Shown here: in pieces, positions 14,882 to 24,341 of the stretch
Numbering within the stretch: position 1 is the stretch's first letter
How the letters are laid out: each line of letters starts with the position of its first letter
Virus record (IMG/VR): IMGVR_UViG_3300011338_000235
Coordinates: 1-39,066 of that record
Length of the DNA stretch: 39,066 nt
Reading direction: 5' to 3' (one strand)
Source: a virus
Taxonomy: Duplodnaviria > Caudoviricetes
Notes under the pieces: model-generated
What the model was told of the DNA's origin: nothing
Seen by the model: the letters and a program-made list of their open reading frames with translations, nothing else
The model's database searches: none
Made by a program: the position numbers and the translations under genes

Positions 14882-17158
14882 TTACGCGACCGTCCGGCGC
14901 ATCTCTGACCTGGTCATGCTGACCAGTTCAGGCGCCACGAAAATATGCTTTTTAGAGTTGAAGTCTCGGGAATGGATCAGGCCCATATCGAGCCAGCCAG
15001 CCTCGCGGAAGGCATGGAACAGGGCGCCCTGAACAATCTTAACGCCGGGCGGCGCTGCGCCTGACCCCTGCACTCGGTCGCAGACAACGTGGAAGGGCGA
15101 GCCTATCACGCCCTGGGCGAATGGCCCCTGGCGCCCGCGCATCATCTCGACCAGCACCGATTCGGCGGTCGACATACCCGCCTCAACCATAATGGCCTTG
15201 GCCTCGGTCATGGGCGGCGGGGCCGACGGGTTGAAGGCCGACACGTCACGCCCGGCCAGCCACGCCGCCACGCCCGCGAAGCCGCCCCGGTGGGCGTACC
15301 AATTCCACAAGGCCACGGCGTCGGCCTCCGGCAGGCGTTCGGCAGCCGCCCATAGGACGAACCAGCGGCGGTCATCAGAGGGCAACGATATGGACACGCG
15401 CTCGTTCGAAAAGGCCACCACCAGCACCCGATTGAGGGCCATATAGGGGTGCAGTCCTTTACGATTCACGGGCAGGTACTCGGGCGGGGCGGCGATGACA
15501 GGCTTAAGGTGATTCTCCAGCGCCCGGCGGTCACGGGCCTCGGACTGGCGCAGTTCGGCGATCTCCATCACCTCGCATTCCAGACCGTAGCCCCACTGAC
15601 TGGTCAGGTCTTCATTCTTGACCAGCGAACAATTCAGTTTGGCGGGGCCGCCGATGGCCCAGAAAAACGGGGCCAATAAAGTGTCTTTGCCAGAGCCTGG
15701 CTTGCCGCCCAGCAGCACGGCGTGATTAATTTTGTGACCGGGGAACTGAACTTTATGGGCCAATACGTTCAGGAGATGCTCACGCTCAAAGTCGAGCGGA
15801 ACCATGCGCTCGAGGTGGCGCAGCCAGATGCTGACGTCGCAAGCCACGGTCGGCGGGCGGGCGTCGCGCCAGCGGTTGCCGTAGACCAGACCGTCCTTGG
15901 TGACCAGCACCGACTCGCCAGCGGCGTAGGTAATGCCGACCAGCGACTTGGCGCCAGCCGCCTGGCGGTTCTCATCGAAACAGACCGACGCCTCAACCCG
16001 GCGCTTGGTCTTGCCGGTGACGTGAACCGACTCGCACCTGATGTGACGAAACAAGGCGTTGAAGGTGTTGCGGGACAGTTCGCGTCTGTCCTGCATATCG
16101 AAGAACGCCTCGTCGTCTTGCAGGTACGCGAAACGCTGATACCACTTAGACTTCTCGACCCGGCCCAACTCTTTGCGCTCAACCTCGGCGATGATCTCGG
16201 CGGCGGCGTCGGGGTACTCAGGGCTTGGTTTGATCTTGGCGAGGGCCAGTTCCAAATGGGCGGCCATCAACTCGTCGCGCAGGCCGGGGGCGTGGCGGGG
16301 GCCGCCCTGGTCGGCGACCCACTGCATATAGGTGTTGCTGTCCAGATCGACGCAGTGGCCGTGCATACAGCAGAACGCCCGGTTCAGGGGCATATACCTG
16401 CCCTCTGGGTTGCCGTCGGTATGCTCGGCGCTATTCGGGCAGATGACCCCGGCCCAGCCCTCGACGTTGGGGCGCGACAGCAGCAGACCCTGGCCGGACA
16501 GCCAGACCAGCACATCGTCGGCGCCATCGTCGGCCATCCGTATCGGGCGGGGGCCGGAGGACTCAGCCGGGCCGGGCGTCACCTCAAGGGCGGCGCAGAT
16601 GTCGGCCAGCAGGTACTCGCGGTCGGGGTGGAACTCAGTTAGCCGGGACGCGAACTCAGCCCGGTCGGGCTTCAGGTTGACGGAGCCGGGCAGACGGAAG
16701 TTGCGGACAGGGTTACAGGCGCCGGGGTCGGTGTAGCCCGCAGCGGCGACGGCCTTGATGGCAGCGGCGAACTCGCCCTTGGGCGGCTGCTCGCTGAAGA
16801 CGTAGCCCCACTGAAAATTATTGGGCGAGGTCTCCATGATCCAAGTCGGCGGCAGCGGCGGGGTCTTGGACTTAGTGCCGATGTCGTCCAGCACCATCAC
16901 GGCCACATACTCACAGTTGGCCGACGACGCCGACACGCGACCGTCCTCAAAACGGTCGACGATAAAGGAGGCGGTGTTGCCGTACCATGCCTCGCCCTCA
17001 CGAACGCCGTGCGACGGCAGGTAAGACGGCCAAGTGGCCTTGACGGCCCCATCGGCGTGATACTGCCGTTCGCCGCCACGTAACTGTGGTTTTTGGCGCA
17101 CAAGTAGCATTGTTTCGCCCTCGGGCGCTAATCCGGTGATAAACTCTAGAAATTGCAC
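14882..17158 (-). CDS. Primase-helicase (RepB-type AEP primase + Zn finger + SF3/DUF5906-like helicase)
   Basis: VLDDIG, ETSPNNFQWGY, RNFRLPGSVN primase motifs; CPNSAEH...CMHGHC; Walker A GKPGSGKDT; FSN and DDRRWFV. Confidence 0.88.
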   Translation of the reverse strand: MQFLEFITGLAPEGETMLLVRQKPQLRGGERQYHADGAVKATWPSYLPSHGVREGEAWYGNTASFIVDRFEDGRVSASSANCEYVAVMVLDDIGTKSKTPPLPPTWIMETSPNNFQWGYVFSEQPPKGEFAAAIKAVAAAGYTDPGACNPVRNFRLPGSVNLKPDRAEFASRLTEFHPDREYLLADICAALEVTPGPAESSGPRPIRMADDGADDVLVWLSGQGLLLSRPNVEGWAGVICPNSAEHTDGNPEGRYMPLNRAFCCMHGHCVDLDSNTYMQWVADQGGPRHAPGLRDELMAAHLELALAKIKPSPEYPDAAAEIIAEVERKELGRVEKSKWYQRFAYLQDDEAFFDMQDRRELSRNTFNALFRHIRCESVHVTGKTKRRVEASVCFDENRQAAGAKSLVGITYAAGESVLVTKDGLVYGNRWRDARPPTVACDVSIWLRHLERMVPLDFEREHLLNVLAHKVQFPGHKINHAVLLGGKPGSGKDTLLAPFFWAIGGPAKLNCSLVKNEDLTSQWGYGLECEVMEIAELRQSEARDRRALENHLKPVIAAPPEYLPVNRKGLHPYMALNRVLVVAFSNERVSISLPSDDRRWFVLWAAAERLPEADAVALWNWYAHRGGFAGVAAWLAGRDVSAFNPSAPPPMTEAKAIMVEAGMSTAESVLVEMMRGRQGPFAQGVIGSPFHVVCDRVQGSGAAPPGVKIVQGALFHAFREAGWLDMGLIHSRDFNSKKHIFVAPELVSMTRSEMRRTVA

Positions 17159-17172
17159 GTTGTCATCCTTTG

Positions 17173-17203
17173 CGCCGCCCCTGACCGGGCGGCGTTTTTA
17201 TTT
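17173..17203 (+). terminator. GC hairpin with T-tract on the + strand, between polymerase and primase genes
   Basis: CGCCGCCC-ctgacc-GGGCGGCG followed by TTTTTATTT. Confidence 0.55.
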
Positions 17204-19102
17204 GCCGTATCTCGGCATCGACTTGATACCACAGTCCAGCGGCAGGCCAGTGGCCCATGCTGGCGGCGTAGTCATCACTCTACGCACTTCCTCTTCTGAG
17301 CCGCCCTCGACGACGATCTCGTCGTGAACGTGCAGAACCACATCATCAAGCTGGCGCAGCGCGTAGCGCAGCAGGTCGTTGGCGACAGCCTGGGTGACAT
17401 TCTCGCAAGCCAGACCCTTCCAGAGTCGGGCGCGGGGCCACTCGGTGGCGTCCTGCGCGGGCTTCCACGCTGCCTTGGCGTAGCTGATGCCGTCGTCCTC
17501 CAGCCGGGCGAAGGGGTAGCATAGCACCCGGCCTGAAGGTAGAGCGTACCAGAGATGCAGGCCGTCGAACAGGTAAGTTATCCGCCCGGCGGTGAACTCC
17601 TGCCCCCGGTTCCGCATCGCCCTGGTGTACTGCTGCTCCAACTGCGACCAGAAGCCGACCGCCCACTGATTGTTGCGGCGCCATGCGTCGACCATGCGCT
17701 TAGAGTCGGCCTCGGACAGGCGCACACTGTAGATGCGAGCCATCGACGCGAACGCGCCCACGCCGCCAGCAAAGCCGCAGGCCAACTCCTGAACCTTGCC
17801 GATCTGGCGCTGCGCGGACTCGCCGTCACGGTCGTAGTCGGCCTTGATGTCGTCATAGGTACGGTTGAACGTGCCAGATGCGTTGACGATGTAGGGGTCA
17901 AGGCCCGACTCGAAAACGTCCAGCTTAGCCTGACCCTTACCGGACAGCCAAGGGTTAACCCGTGCCTCAATGGATGACCAATCGGCGACGACGAACTGCC
18001 GACCCTTGGCCGGGATCAGCGCGGGGCGCAGCATCCCCCGGAGAACGTCGGTGACGCGCTTGCCGAACTTGGGGACGATGGCGTGACCCCGGCACATGGC
18101 GGCGCGGACATCCTCGGGGGCTTTAGCGCACTTGCGGGTGAAGTTGTGAACCTGGGCGCCGTAGCTGCTGGCGCGGCCAGTAGCTGAACCTCCAGCAAAG
18201 ACGAACGCGCCCCGGACGCGACTGTCCTCCTCGTCGGCCAGTTGGGCGAGTCGGGCGAACTTGGCGACTGATGACGCCCACAGGTCGTCGGCGCACTGGA
18301 TGATCTCCTGAACGTCGGGCGGCACTCCGTCGCAGTTGAGCAGGTTGGCTCGGACGGTCTTGTCGATGCTGACCTTATCATCCTTGGTCATCAGAGCGCG
18401 GGCCTCGGGGCCGACGCGATCCCAGACCCACTGGCGCATCTTAGGCGACCGCACAGAGGTCAGTTCGCCCTCGGACACCTCACTGACGATCTGGGCGATC
18501 TCAGCGGCCTCTGTGGCGGCGTAGGACACCGCTGCGCGGCAGAGCGGCACATCGACCAGGACGCCACGGTCGTTGATGCGCTCGTTGACATGGTAGTCCA
18601 GTAGTTCCTCGTCCGACAGCGGGCGCATGGCCTGACTGATGACCCGCATCGCCCGGACATCCTGTTCGCAATACTGGATCATCTCGGCGGTCAACTCAGC
18701 CGACTCCTGGTACGGTGGGACGCACATCTTGCGGATCAGGGCAGCGCCCCGGTGGTCTTTCTTCATGGACGCGCCCATGAACCGGCCTACGTCCTCCAGC
18801 GACCCTGGCGCGCAGTTGGCGCGGGCCTGCGCGGCGGTGCAGTAAAAGGACTCCAGCGGGATGTTGACCTGCAAGACGTACCATAAGATCAGCCGCTCGA
18901 AAGCGGCGTTGTGGGCCATGATGCGGTGGCCGGTGAAGTCAGGTAATGGCTGGCCTGGGAGCCAAGTCCCGACCTCGCCATCGTCGACGGCGTAGGACAT
19001 ACACAGCACCTCGGTCGTTAGGTCTTGCGCGTAGTTGTAGACGCCGCGACTTTTAAGGTCGCAGGTAGAGCGGGTTTCAAAATCGAGATATATGTTGCTC
19101 AC
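17198..19102 (-). CDS. polA: Family A DNA polymerase (APSE/SPO2-like) with 3'-5' exonuclease
   Basis: Exo I LDFET, Exo II AHNAAFER, Exo III YCEQDV; ATGRASS; motif A DWSSIEAR; motif B RQIGKVQELACGF; motif C HVHDE. Confidence 0.95.
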   Translation of the reverse strand: MSNIYLDFETRSTCDLKSRGVYNYAQDLTTEVLCMSYAVDDGEVGTWLPGQPLPDFTGHRIMAHNAAFERLILWYVLQVNIPLESFYCTAAQARANCAPGSLEDVGRFMGASMKKDHRGAALIRKMCVPPYQESAELTAEMIQYCEQDVRAMRVISQAMRPLSDEELLDYHVNERINDRGVLVDVPLCRAAVSYAATEAAEIAQIVSEVSEGELTSVRSPKMRQWVWDRVGPEARALMTKDDKVSIDKTVRANLLNCDGVPPDVQEIIQCADDLWASSVAKFARLAQLADEEDSRVRGAFVFAGGSATGRASSYGAQVHNFTRKCAKAPEDVRAAMCRGHAIVPKFGKRVTDVLRGMLRPALIPAKGRQFVVADWSSIEARVNPWLSGKGQAKLDVFESGLDPYIVNASGTFNRTYDDIKADYDRDGESAQRQIGKVQELACGFAGGVGAFASMARIYSVRLSEADSKRMVDAWRRNNQWAVGFWSQLEQQYTRAMRNRGQEFTAGRITYLFDGLHLWYALPSGRVLCYPFARLEDDGISYAKAAWKPAQDATEWPRARLWKGLACENVTQAVANDLLRYALRQLDDVVLHVHDEIVVEGGSEEEVRRVMTTPPAWATGLPLDCGIKSMPRYGK

Positions 19103-19483
19103 TCACACGCCCCAACGAACGGCGCGGCCTTTGTCACCACCAGCCTTACGGGCTGAGGTCATCCAAGTACCATGTCTCACTGCATCTAAAATATTTTCAG
19201 AGCGCGTACCCCAGCATAGATTTGCGAGTCTATTGTCCGCAGGGTCTCCGTTCAAATGGCGGCACTCATACTTATCGGAGGCAGGGCCAGCAAACGTCAA
19301 CAACACTAATTTGTGAACACACTGACTATTCCCCCGTCCCAAAGCCACACTCAGATGACCGCTAGGCATACGACCCGGACGCAAAATGCGACCTTCGGCA
19401 TAACGTCTAAAAGAGCGCACGCGCCCTTGATTGCTGACTTCATATCCGCCGTCATACCCCGGCACAAATTTCCAAATTTCCAT
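19103..19483 (-). CDS. NUMOD4-HNH homing endonuclease
   Basis: EIWKFVPGYDGGYEVSNQGRVRS (NUMOD4); VHKLV...CRHLNGDPADNRLANLCWGT-SEN (HNH). Confidence 0.9.
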   Translation of the reverse strand: MEIWKFVPGYDGGYEVSNQGRVRSFRRYAEGRILRPGRMPSGHLSVALGRGNSQCVHKLVLLTFAGPASDKYECRHLNGDPADNRLANLCWGTRSENILDAVRHGTWMTSARKAGGDKGRAVRWGV

Positions 19484-19501
19484 AGCACGGTCTCCTTTTC
19501 A

Positions 19502-19525
19502 ATGCCCACTCTTGCGAATGGACAT
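19502..19525 (-). promoter_or_regulatory. GNRA-capped RNA hairpin downstream of the SSB gene
   Basis: ATGTCCATTC-GCAA-GAGTGGGCAT, 10 bp with two G-U pairs that form only on the minus-strand RNA. Confidence 0.6.
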
Positions 19526-19535
19526 CAGAAAGCAA

Positions 19536-20162
19536 TTAAGCAGCTACGCGACGACGGCGCCCGGCTGGCGGCGCCTCTGGCTCTGGCTCACCATCCATGC
19601 TAATCCATTCGGCAAGTTCAAACACCGGGGTGTAAATCTTGCCGTAGGACTTGTGCTGATAGTGATCCTTCTTCAGCTTGACAACGGCGACGGGCTTGGT
19701 CTGATCCTTCTCGACCTGCTCGGCCAGCGCGGCGGCAATGGCCTGGACGCCACGCTTACCGCCGACCGAAGTCGTGGTGTAGCGCACTTCCATGCCCTTG
19801 TCGTCGCCCGACAGGCACTTAAGGCTCATGCCGATCTGCTGCTCCCAGCCACGCTTGGCCGATGGCGGCGCGTCTTCGATCTCCGGCAGCGGCTGGCTGA
19901 CGGCAACCATCTTCTCGCCAAGCACCTCACCGTCGCCCCAAGCGATAAAGCCGTGGACGAAAGAGAAGGGATTGACGGCCCAGGTCGAGTCGTCCTCGAC
20001 CTCGGTCTGGTCAGCGCCGAACACCCAATGGCCGGTCTTGTCCATCTTGAGGATGACAACACCGGATGGGCCAGCCGCCGACACGGCCATGCTTTTGAGA
20101 GCAGTGGAAAGGGTACTAATAGCTGGCAGACCAGCTTTGGAGAACACTGAAAGATTACTCAT
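19536..20162 (-). CDS. Putative single-stranded DNA-binding / annealing protein
   Basis: Position between DUF2800 nuclease and PolA; aromatic-rich (GHWVFG, HGFIAW, YQHKSYGKIYTPVF). Confidence 0.6.
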   Translation of the reverse strand: MSNLSVFSKAGLPAISTLSTALKSMAVSAAGPSGVVILKMDKTGHWVFGADQTEVEDDSTWAVNPFSFVHGFIAWGDGEVLGEKMVAVSQPLPEIEDAPPSAKRGWEQQIGMSLKCLSGDDKGMEVRYTTTSVGGKRGVQAIAAALAEQVEKDQTKPVAVVKLKKDHYQHKSYGKIYTPVFELAEWISMDGEPEPEAPPAGRRRRVAA

Positions 20163-20170
20163 GATTACCT

Positions 20171-21295
20171 TTACGATAGTTTAGAAAGATGGGCAAGTCG
20201 TTTGCCCAACAGCAGAACCTCGGGGCGCGGGTCATCCACGCTTGCCAAGGTGTTACCCGAGGAGATGGCGACCACCACATCAGCAGGAAGGGCAATCTTG
20301 CGCTTTTTAAGCACCTTCTCAACCTTCGCTGGCGACATGATAGATGTCTCCATCACCTCAGATTCGTCGAGGCCCAACGCGAACAGGGCGACCTTGGCCT
20401 TGTCCTCGTCAGTCCATTGCCTAATCGCCCGCTTGGCGACCAGTTTGTACTCTGGCAGATTGGCCCCGGACTCCATCATGGAGAGCGCCAACTCTCGCAG
20501 GCTGGAGATCCAGGTCTCCAACAAATCCGCGTTTTTTAAGTAGGTGCTAATTTTTCCCGCATCTAAATTGTCCAGCTTGATGGCCAGCGCCCGGTCGGCA
20601 GCGCCTGTCATCTGGGGGCAGATGGGCTTGGCGGTGCAGAACCGGCAGTGATCGCCAACCGTAAGCTGCGCGTCAGGATAGGACGACTGCTTGACGGCCT
20701 GCACCAGATCGCGCTCGAACTGACGAATACGCTCGGGCGTGGTCACCCAGCGCCGTGCTGCTGGCGGCTGGATGATGACGCACTCCACCTCGGTCGCACC
20801 CTCGAACGCCCAGGCCGACTCTGGCGTCCGCATGGCAGCCGCAGCGTAGAACATAAGCTGGGCGTTCTCCTCGGCGTCGACAATCACGCCGTCACCGAAC
20901 TTCCAGTCCAGCACAACGGCGCGGTTGCCGATCCGACCGATCAGGTCAGTCGAGCCGAACACGCCCGGCAGCAGATCACCAAAGCCGACACGGGTCTCGG
21001 TGGCAAAGTTCATCTCCTCCTTGGGGTCGACTTCGTTCAGCAGCGCCAACGCCGACTTCAGCTTCTCGCAGTGGTCGTCGTCCAACACGATGCCGTTGAA
21101 GGTCTTGCCCAGCAACTCGTACGTGCTGGCGTCGCCGTCGTTGACCAAGTAGTCGATGGCAGAGTGCAGGGCCGTACCCTCGGCCATGTACTTGTTCTCG
21201 GCTTGGGGCGGCATCTTGGCGACCAGCGCCACGCTGCCGGGGCAGGCCATCACACGCTTGGCGGTCGAGCCGCCAACGATCTTACTGTGCTGCAT
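20171..21295 (-). CDS. Cas4-like PD-(D/E)xK exonuclease (DUF2800 family)
   Basis: HS..GGSTAKRVMACPGS, EGTALH, FGSTD, LDWKFG, QLMFYA, HCRFC..K..CP. Confidence 0.9.
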   Translation of the reverse strand: MQHSKIVGGSTAKRVMACPGSVALVAKMPPQAENKYMAEGTALHSAIDYLVNDGDASTYELLGKTFNGIVLDDDHCEKLKSALALLNEVDPKEEMNFATETRVGFGDLLPGVFGSTDLIGRIGNRAVVLDWKFGDGVIVDAEENAQLMFYAAAAMRTPESAWAFEGATEVECVIIQPPAARRWVTTPERIRQFERDLVQAVKQSSYPDAQLTVGDHCRFCTAKPICPQMTGAADRALAIKLDNLDAGKISTYLKNADLLETWISSLRELALSMMESGANLPEYKLVAKRAIRQWTDEDKAKVALFALGLDESEVMETSIMSPAKVEKVLKKRKIALPADVVVAISSGNTLASVDDPRPEVLLLGKRLAHLSKLS

Positions 21296-21440
21296 CTTCT
21301 TCTTTCTTGCTGACGGTGATGATTGAAGGGATATTGCTATACCGAGTGTCGATCTCGTTAAAGCTGTAGCCTTCGATGAGAGAGTTGGCGTGTGCCAGGA
21401 TGACGCGCTCGATTTCGGCGCGGGTGAATTCGATCTTCAT
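21282..21440 (-). CDS. Small hypothetical protein (MKIEFTRAEIERVILAHAN...)
   Basis: First ORF behind the leftward promoter; overlaps the nuclease start. Confidence 0.65.
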   Translation of the reverse strand: MKIEFTRAEIERVILAHANSLIEGYSFNEIDTRYSNIPSIITVSKKEEDAAQ

Positions 21441-21534
21441 AAACTTTACTTTCGTTGTTACCCGGATTGGGTGAACGAATAGTAGCACGAAATAACCTTG
21501 TGCAAATATTTTTTTCTGTGATAAAGTTCGTCAC
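21441..21534. promoter_or_regulatory. Divergent promoter region of the replication genes
   Basis: Leftward TTGCAC...TG-C-TACTAT; rightward TTGTGC-18 bp-TAAAGT with TGn extension; the -35 elements overlap. Confidence 0.6.
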
Positions 21535-21801
21535 ATGGAAAAACACATTGAAGCCTACCTAGTTAAGCGGGTCAAAGCGCTCGGCGGCATAGCGTACAAG
21601 TGGCGCGGCCACGGCGGCGCAGCCGACCGCATCATCGTCCTGCCCGACGGCACGGTCTGGTTCGTAGAGGTCAAGACCATTGGTGGTCGGCTGTCTGCGC
21701 TCCAGAAGGTCTTTGCCGCCGACATGGCGCGGCTCAAACAGAAGTACACCGTGCTGTGGACTAAGGAACAAGTAGATGAATTTACGTCCCTACCAAAATG
21801 A
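21535..21801 (+). CDS. VRR-NUC domain nuclease
   Basis: EKHIEAYL...GGIAYKW...ADRII...FVEVK..GGRLSALQ. Confidence 0.9.
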   Translation: MEKHIEAYLVKRVKALGGIAYKWRGHGGAADRIIVLPDGTVWFVEVKTIGGRLSALQKVFAADMARLKQKYTVLWTKEQVDEFTSLPK

Positions 21802-23056
21802 TGCGGCGGACTTCTTGTTCGCCAACGACCGCGCCATGATACTGGCGCCGGTCGGGGCAGGCAAGACCGCCATAACGCTGACGGCCATGCAGGCCATGCT
21901 GACCAGCGGCCATGTCAGTCGGTTCCTCGTACTGGCCCCCAAGCGTGTGGCCGTTAGTGTCTGGCCGACCGAAGCCAAACTGTGGGCGCCCGCCTTGCGC
22001 GTTAGTGTGGCCGTGGGGACGCCTAAACAGCGCGAGGCTGCGTTCAGATCAGTCAGTGAGGTGGTAGTGACCAACTACGACAATTTGCAGTCCTTGCCCG
22101 CCCTAAGTTTTGACGGCATTGTGTTCGACGAACTGACCCGGTTGAAGAACCCCAGCGGGGCTAGGTTCAAGGCGCTCAACAAGATGCTGGACTGCCCTGT
22201 AAGGTGGGGCTTGACAGGCTCGTTCACCAGCAACGGGCTGGAGGACGTGTTCGGCCAGTGCAAGATCGTCGATCAGGCGCTGCTGGGCCGCAGCAAGGGC
22301 GCGTTTCAGCAGCAGTATTTCTTCCTGGTCAACAAGGATTTCAACCAGTGGGAGCCGCGCCCAGGTGCGCTGGAGCAGGTCATGGAGCGCATCAAGCCAG
22401 CCACGTTCGTGCTGGAGCCGGGCGAGTACAAGGACAAGCTGCCCCAACTGCACACAGTGCCGGTGCGGTTTGACATGGTCAACCGCAAGCCTTACGACCA
22501 GATGAAGAAGGAGTTCGTGGCGCAGTTCCCTGACGCCCAGGCTGTGGCCGTTAACGCTGGTGTGGTCACGGCCAAGCTGCAACAGATGGCGTCCGGGTTC
22601 GTGTACGGCGACTCGACGGTCTGGTTCGACTCGACCAAGTTTGACGCGCTGGACGATTTGCTGGACGAGAACCAACACGCCAACACCATCATTGCGTACA
22701 CCTACAAGGAAGAGTTGGCCGAACTTAAGCGCCGCCATCCTCGCGCCGTAACGCTGGACGAGCCAGACGCCATCGAACGCTGGAACGCTGGCAAGGTTGA
22801 GCTGCTGCTGGCGCACCCTAAGTCAGCAGGCCACGGCCTGAACCTGCAACATGGCGGCAGCAAGATCATTTTCTTGTCGCTGCCCTGGTCGCTGGAACTG
22901 TACGAACAGACCATTGGGCGCCTGCACCGCAGCGGCCAGCGGCACGACGTGTGGTGTTACGTCATGGTGGCGAACAAAACGGTCGACGAAAAGATATGGA
23001 CGGCGCTCCATGACAAACGCGCCATTTCTGACATCGCACTGGAGGCATTGAAGTGA
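21776..23056 (+). CDS. SNF2-family helicase/ATPase
   Basis: LRPYQ, GAGKT, FDEL, LTGS, SAGHGLNLQ, QTIGRLHRSGQ. Confidence 0.93.
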   Translation: MNLRPYQNDAADFLFANDRAMILAPVGAGKTAITLTAMQAMLTSGHVSRFLVLAPKRVAVSVWPTEAKLWAPALRVSVAVGTPKQREAAFRSVSEVVVTNYDNLQSLPALSFDGIVFDELTRLKNPSGARFKALNKMLDCPVRWGLTGSFTSNGLEDVFGQCKIVDQALLGRSKGAFQQQYFFLVNKDFNQWEPRPGALEQVMERIKPATFVLEPGEYKDKLPQLHTVPVRFDMVNRKPYDQMKKEFVAQFPDAQAVAVNAGVVTAKLQQMASGFVYGDSTVWFDSTKFDALDDLLDENQHANTIIAYTYKEELAELKRRHPRAVTLDEPDAIERWNAGKVELLLAHPKSAGHGLNLQHGGSKIIFLSLPWSLELYEQTIGRLHRSGQRHDVWCYVMVANKTVDEKIWTALHDKRAISDIALEALK

Positions 23057-23217
23057 ACCGACTCACACAACTGAAGGCAAGGCTTAGAGCAGCCCAAGCC
23101 GAACTTTTGATCCGCACCCGGACGCATAACAGCGCGTCACGGGCCTATAACAAGGTGACCGCCCATATCACCGAACTGGAGAAGAGAATTGCTGACTTGG
23201 AGAAAATTTCAAAGTAA
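23053..23217 (+). CDS. Coiled-coil hypothetical protein, 54 aa (MNRLTQLKARL...)
   Basis: Hand-translated; GGAGG SD; GTGA overlap. Confidence 0.65.
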   Translation: MNRLTQLKARLRAAQAELLIRTRTHNSASRAYNKVTAHITELEKRIADLEKISK

Positions 23218-23377
23218 CCTGCCCAACTACAGTGAGGCTGATTTACTTGCCTTGCTGGATGAGGAGAAGTTGAAACACCGCAGAGTGTCAATGCTGGAGC
23301 GTATTCACCAACGCTATTGCACCTTACGCGCCAACCGGGAACGGCTGGAAATTTTGAAAGAAGGAAAAAAACCATGA
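23189..23377 (+). CDS. Hypothetical protein
   Basis: 62 aa, TTG start, coupled to the next gene. Confidence 0.65.
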   Translation: MLTWRKFQSNLPNYSEADLLALLDEEKLKHRRVSMLERIHQRYCTLRANRERLEILKEGKKP

Positions 23378-23574
23378 CATTGACGCAACAATTAAAACGA
23401 ATCATCAGGCGGCTAACGCCCGTCGAGATGGCAGCAGCAGAACTGGCTGACGCCGAACTGCACCGCCTGGAAGCCCACACTGCGGTGGAATACGCCACCA
23501 GTGTTGTCAGCTACGAAGACGCCAGGATCAAGCGCCTGCGCAAGTTCTTGTCTGATGCGGAGAAAGCAGTATGA
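23374..23574 (+). CDS. Hypothetical protein
   Basis: AAGGA SD before MTLTQQLK; ATGA coupling at both ends. Confidence 0.7.
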   Translation: MTLTQQLKRIIRRLTPVEMAAAELADAELHRLEAHTAVEYATSVVSYEDARIKRLRKFLSDAEKAV

Positions 23575-23834
23575 GCATCCTTGATGAGATTAAGGTCAAC
23601 CGCACCCCGACGCACATTGTGCAAAGCGCCAGCTTGGAACTGAATCAAAAGACTAAGGAAATCATGGGTGCATACGTTGAGCGCCAAAGACGCCCTGGTG
23701 AAGTCAAAGCCCCAGAGAACGACCTGTGGCAGCGCGGCCAGTACCGCACCGGAGACGGTGACTACACCGCCCAAGTGCCACGGGCAGGTAGCCTTGTGGC
23801 TTTCAGCTTGCCAAGTAGGGGGAACAAGACATGA
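23571..23834 (+). CDS. Hypothetical protein
   Basis: GGAG SD; C-terminal RAGSLVAFSLPSRG. Confidence 0.7.
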   Translation: MSILDEIKVNRTPTHIVQSASLELNQKTKEIMGAYVERQRRPGEVKAPENDLWQRGQYRTGDGDYTAQVPRAGSLVAFSLPSRGNKT

Positions 23835-24043
23835 CCAAGGATGACATCATCAAGCTGGCGCGGGAGGCTGGCATCGAGATAGCCGCCGATTCAAACGTGC
23901 GTGGCTTTTTTGACTGTATGGAACGCTTCGCCGCCCTTGTTGCCGCTGCCGAGCGTGAGGAATGTGCAAAGGTGTGTGAACAGTGGGATGCCACGCACCC
24001 GCAAAGACTGGCGGAAGCCATCCGTGCAAGGGGAACGGCATGA
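23831..24043 (+). CDS. Hypothetical nin-region protein
   Basis: MTKDDIIKLAREAG...ERFAALVAAAEREECAKVC...AIRARG, a common betaproteobacterial phage pattern. Confidence 0.75.
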   Translation: MTKDDIIKLAREAGIEIAADSNVRGFFDCMERFAALVAAAEREECAKVCEQWDATHPQRLAEAIRARGTA

Positions 24044-24132
24044 CATGGCCTTTCCCAACCGAGTTGCCCCCGAACCGGCCTATCCCGCCGATGCCATTTA
24101 ACCCTGCAAATCATGAGGATGCACCATGGTAA
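24040..24132 (+). CDS. Pro-rich micropeptide, 30 aa (MTWPFPTELPPNRPIPPMPFNPANHEDAPW)
   Basis: Hand-translated; ATGA overlap upstream, overlaps the next start. Confidence 0.6.
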   Translation: MTWPFPTELPPNRPIPPMPFNPANHEDAPW

Positions 24133-24341
24133 CTAACACAGGAGGCCCAGCGTTTCCGACAGAACACACAGACACAAGCGGTCTTTACGACGGCATGACC
24201 CTGCGCGATTACTTTGCCGCGAAGGCGATGCTGGGGATACTTAATGATCCACACCGAGAAATAAACTACCCATACGACGCTGTTGCGTCTTACGCCTATT
24301 CCCTAGCAGACGCCATGCTTGCCGCGAGGGAACAGAAATGA
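24126..24341 (+). CDS. Conserved phage hypothetical protein (GGPAFP...GMTLRDYFAAKAM family)
   Basis: Recognisable motif pair; GAGG SD. Confidence 0.8.
   Translation: MVTNTGGPAFPTEHTDTSGLYDGMTLRDYFAAKAMLGILNDPHREINYPYDAVASYAYSLADAMLAAREQK

Noticed and set aside
19103-19483. Group I intron or intein in the DNA polymerase
   Set aside because: polA is a continuous ORF with all motifs, and the HNH lies wholly upstream with no room for a ribozyme core.
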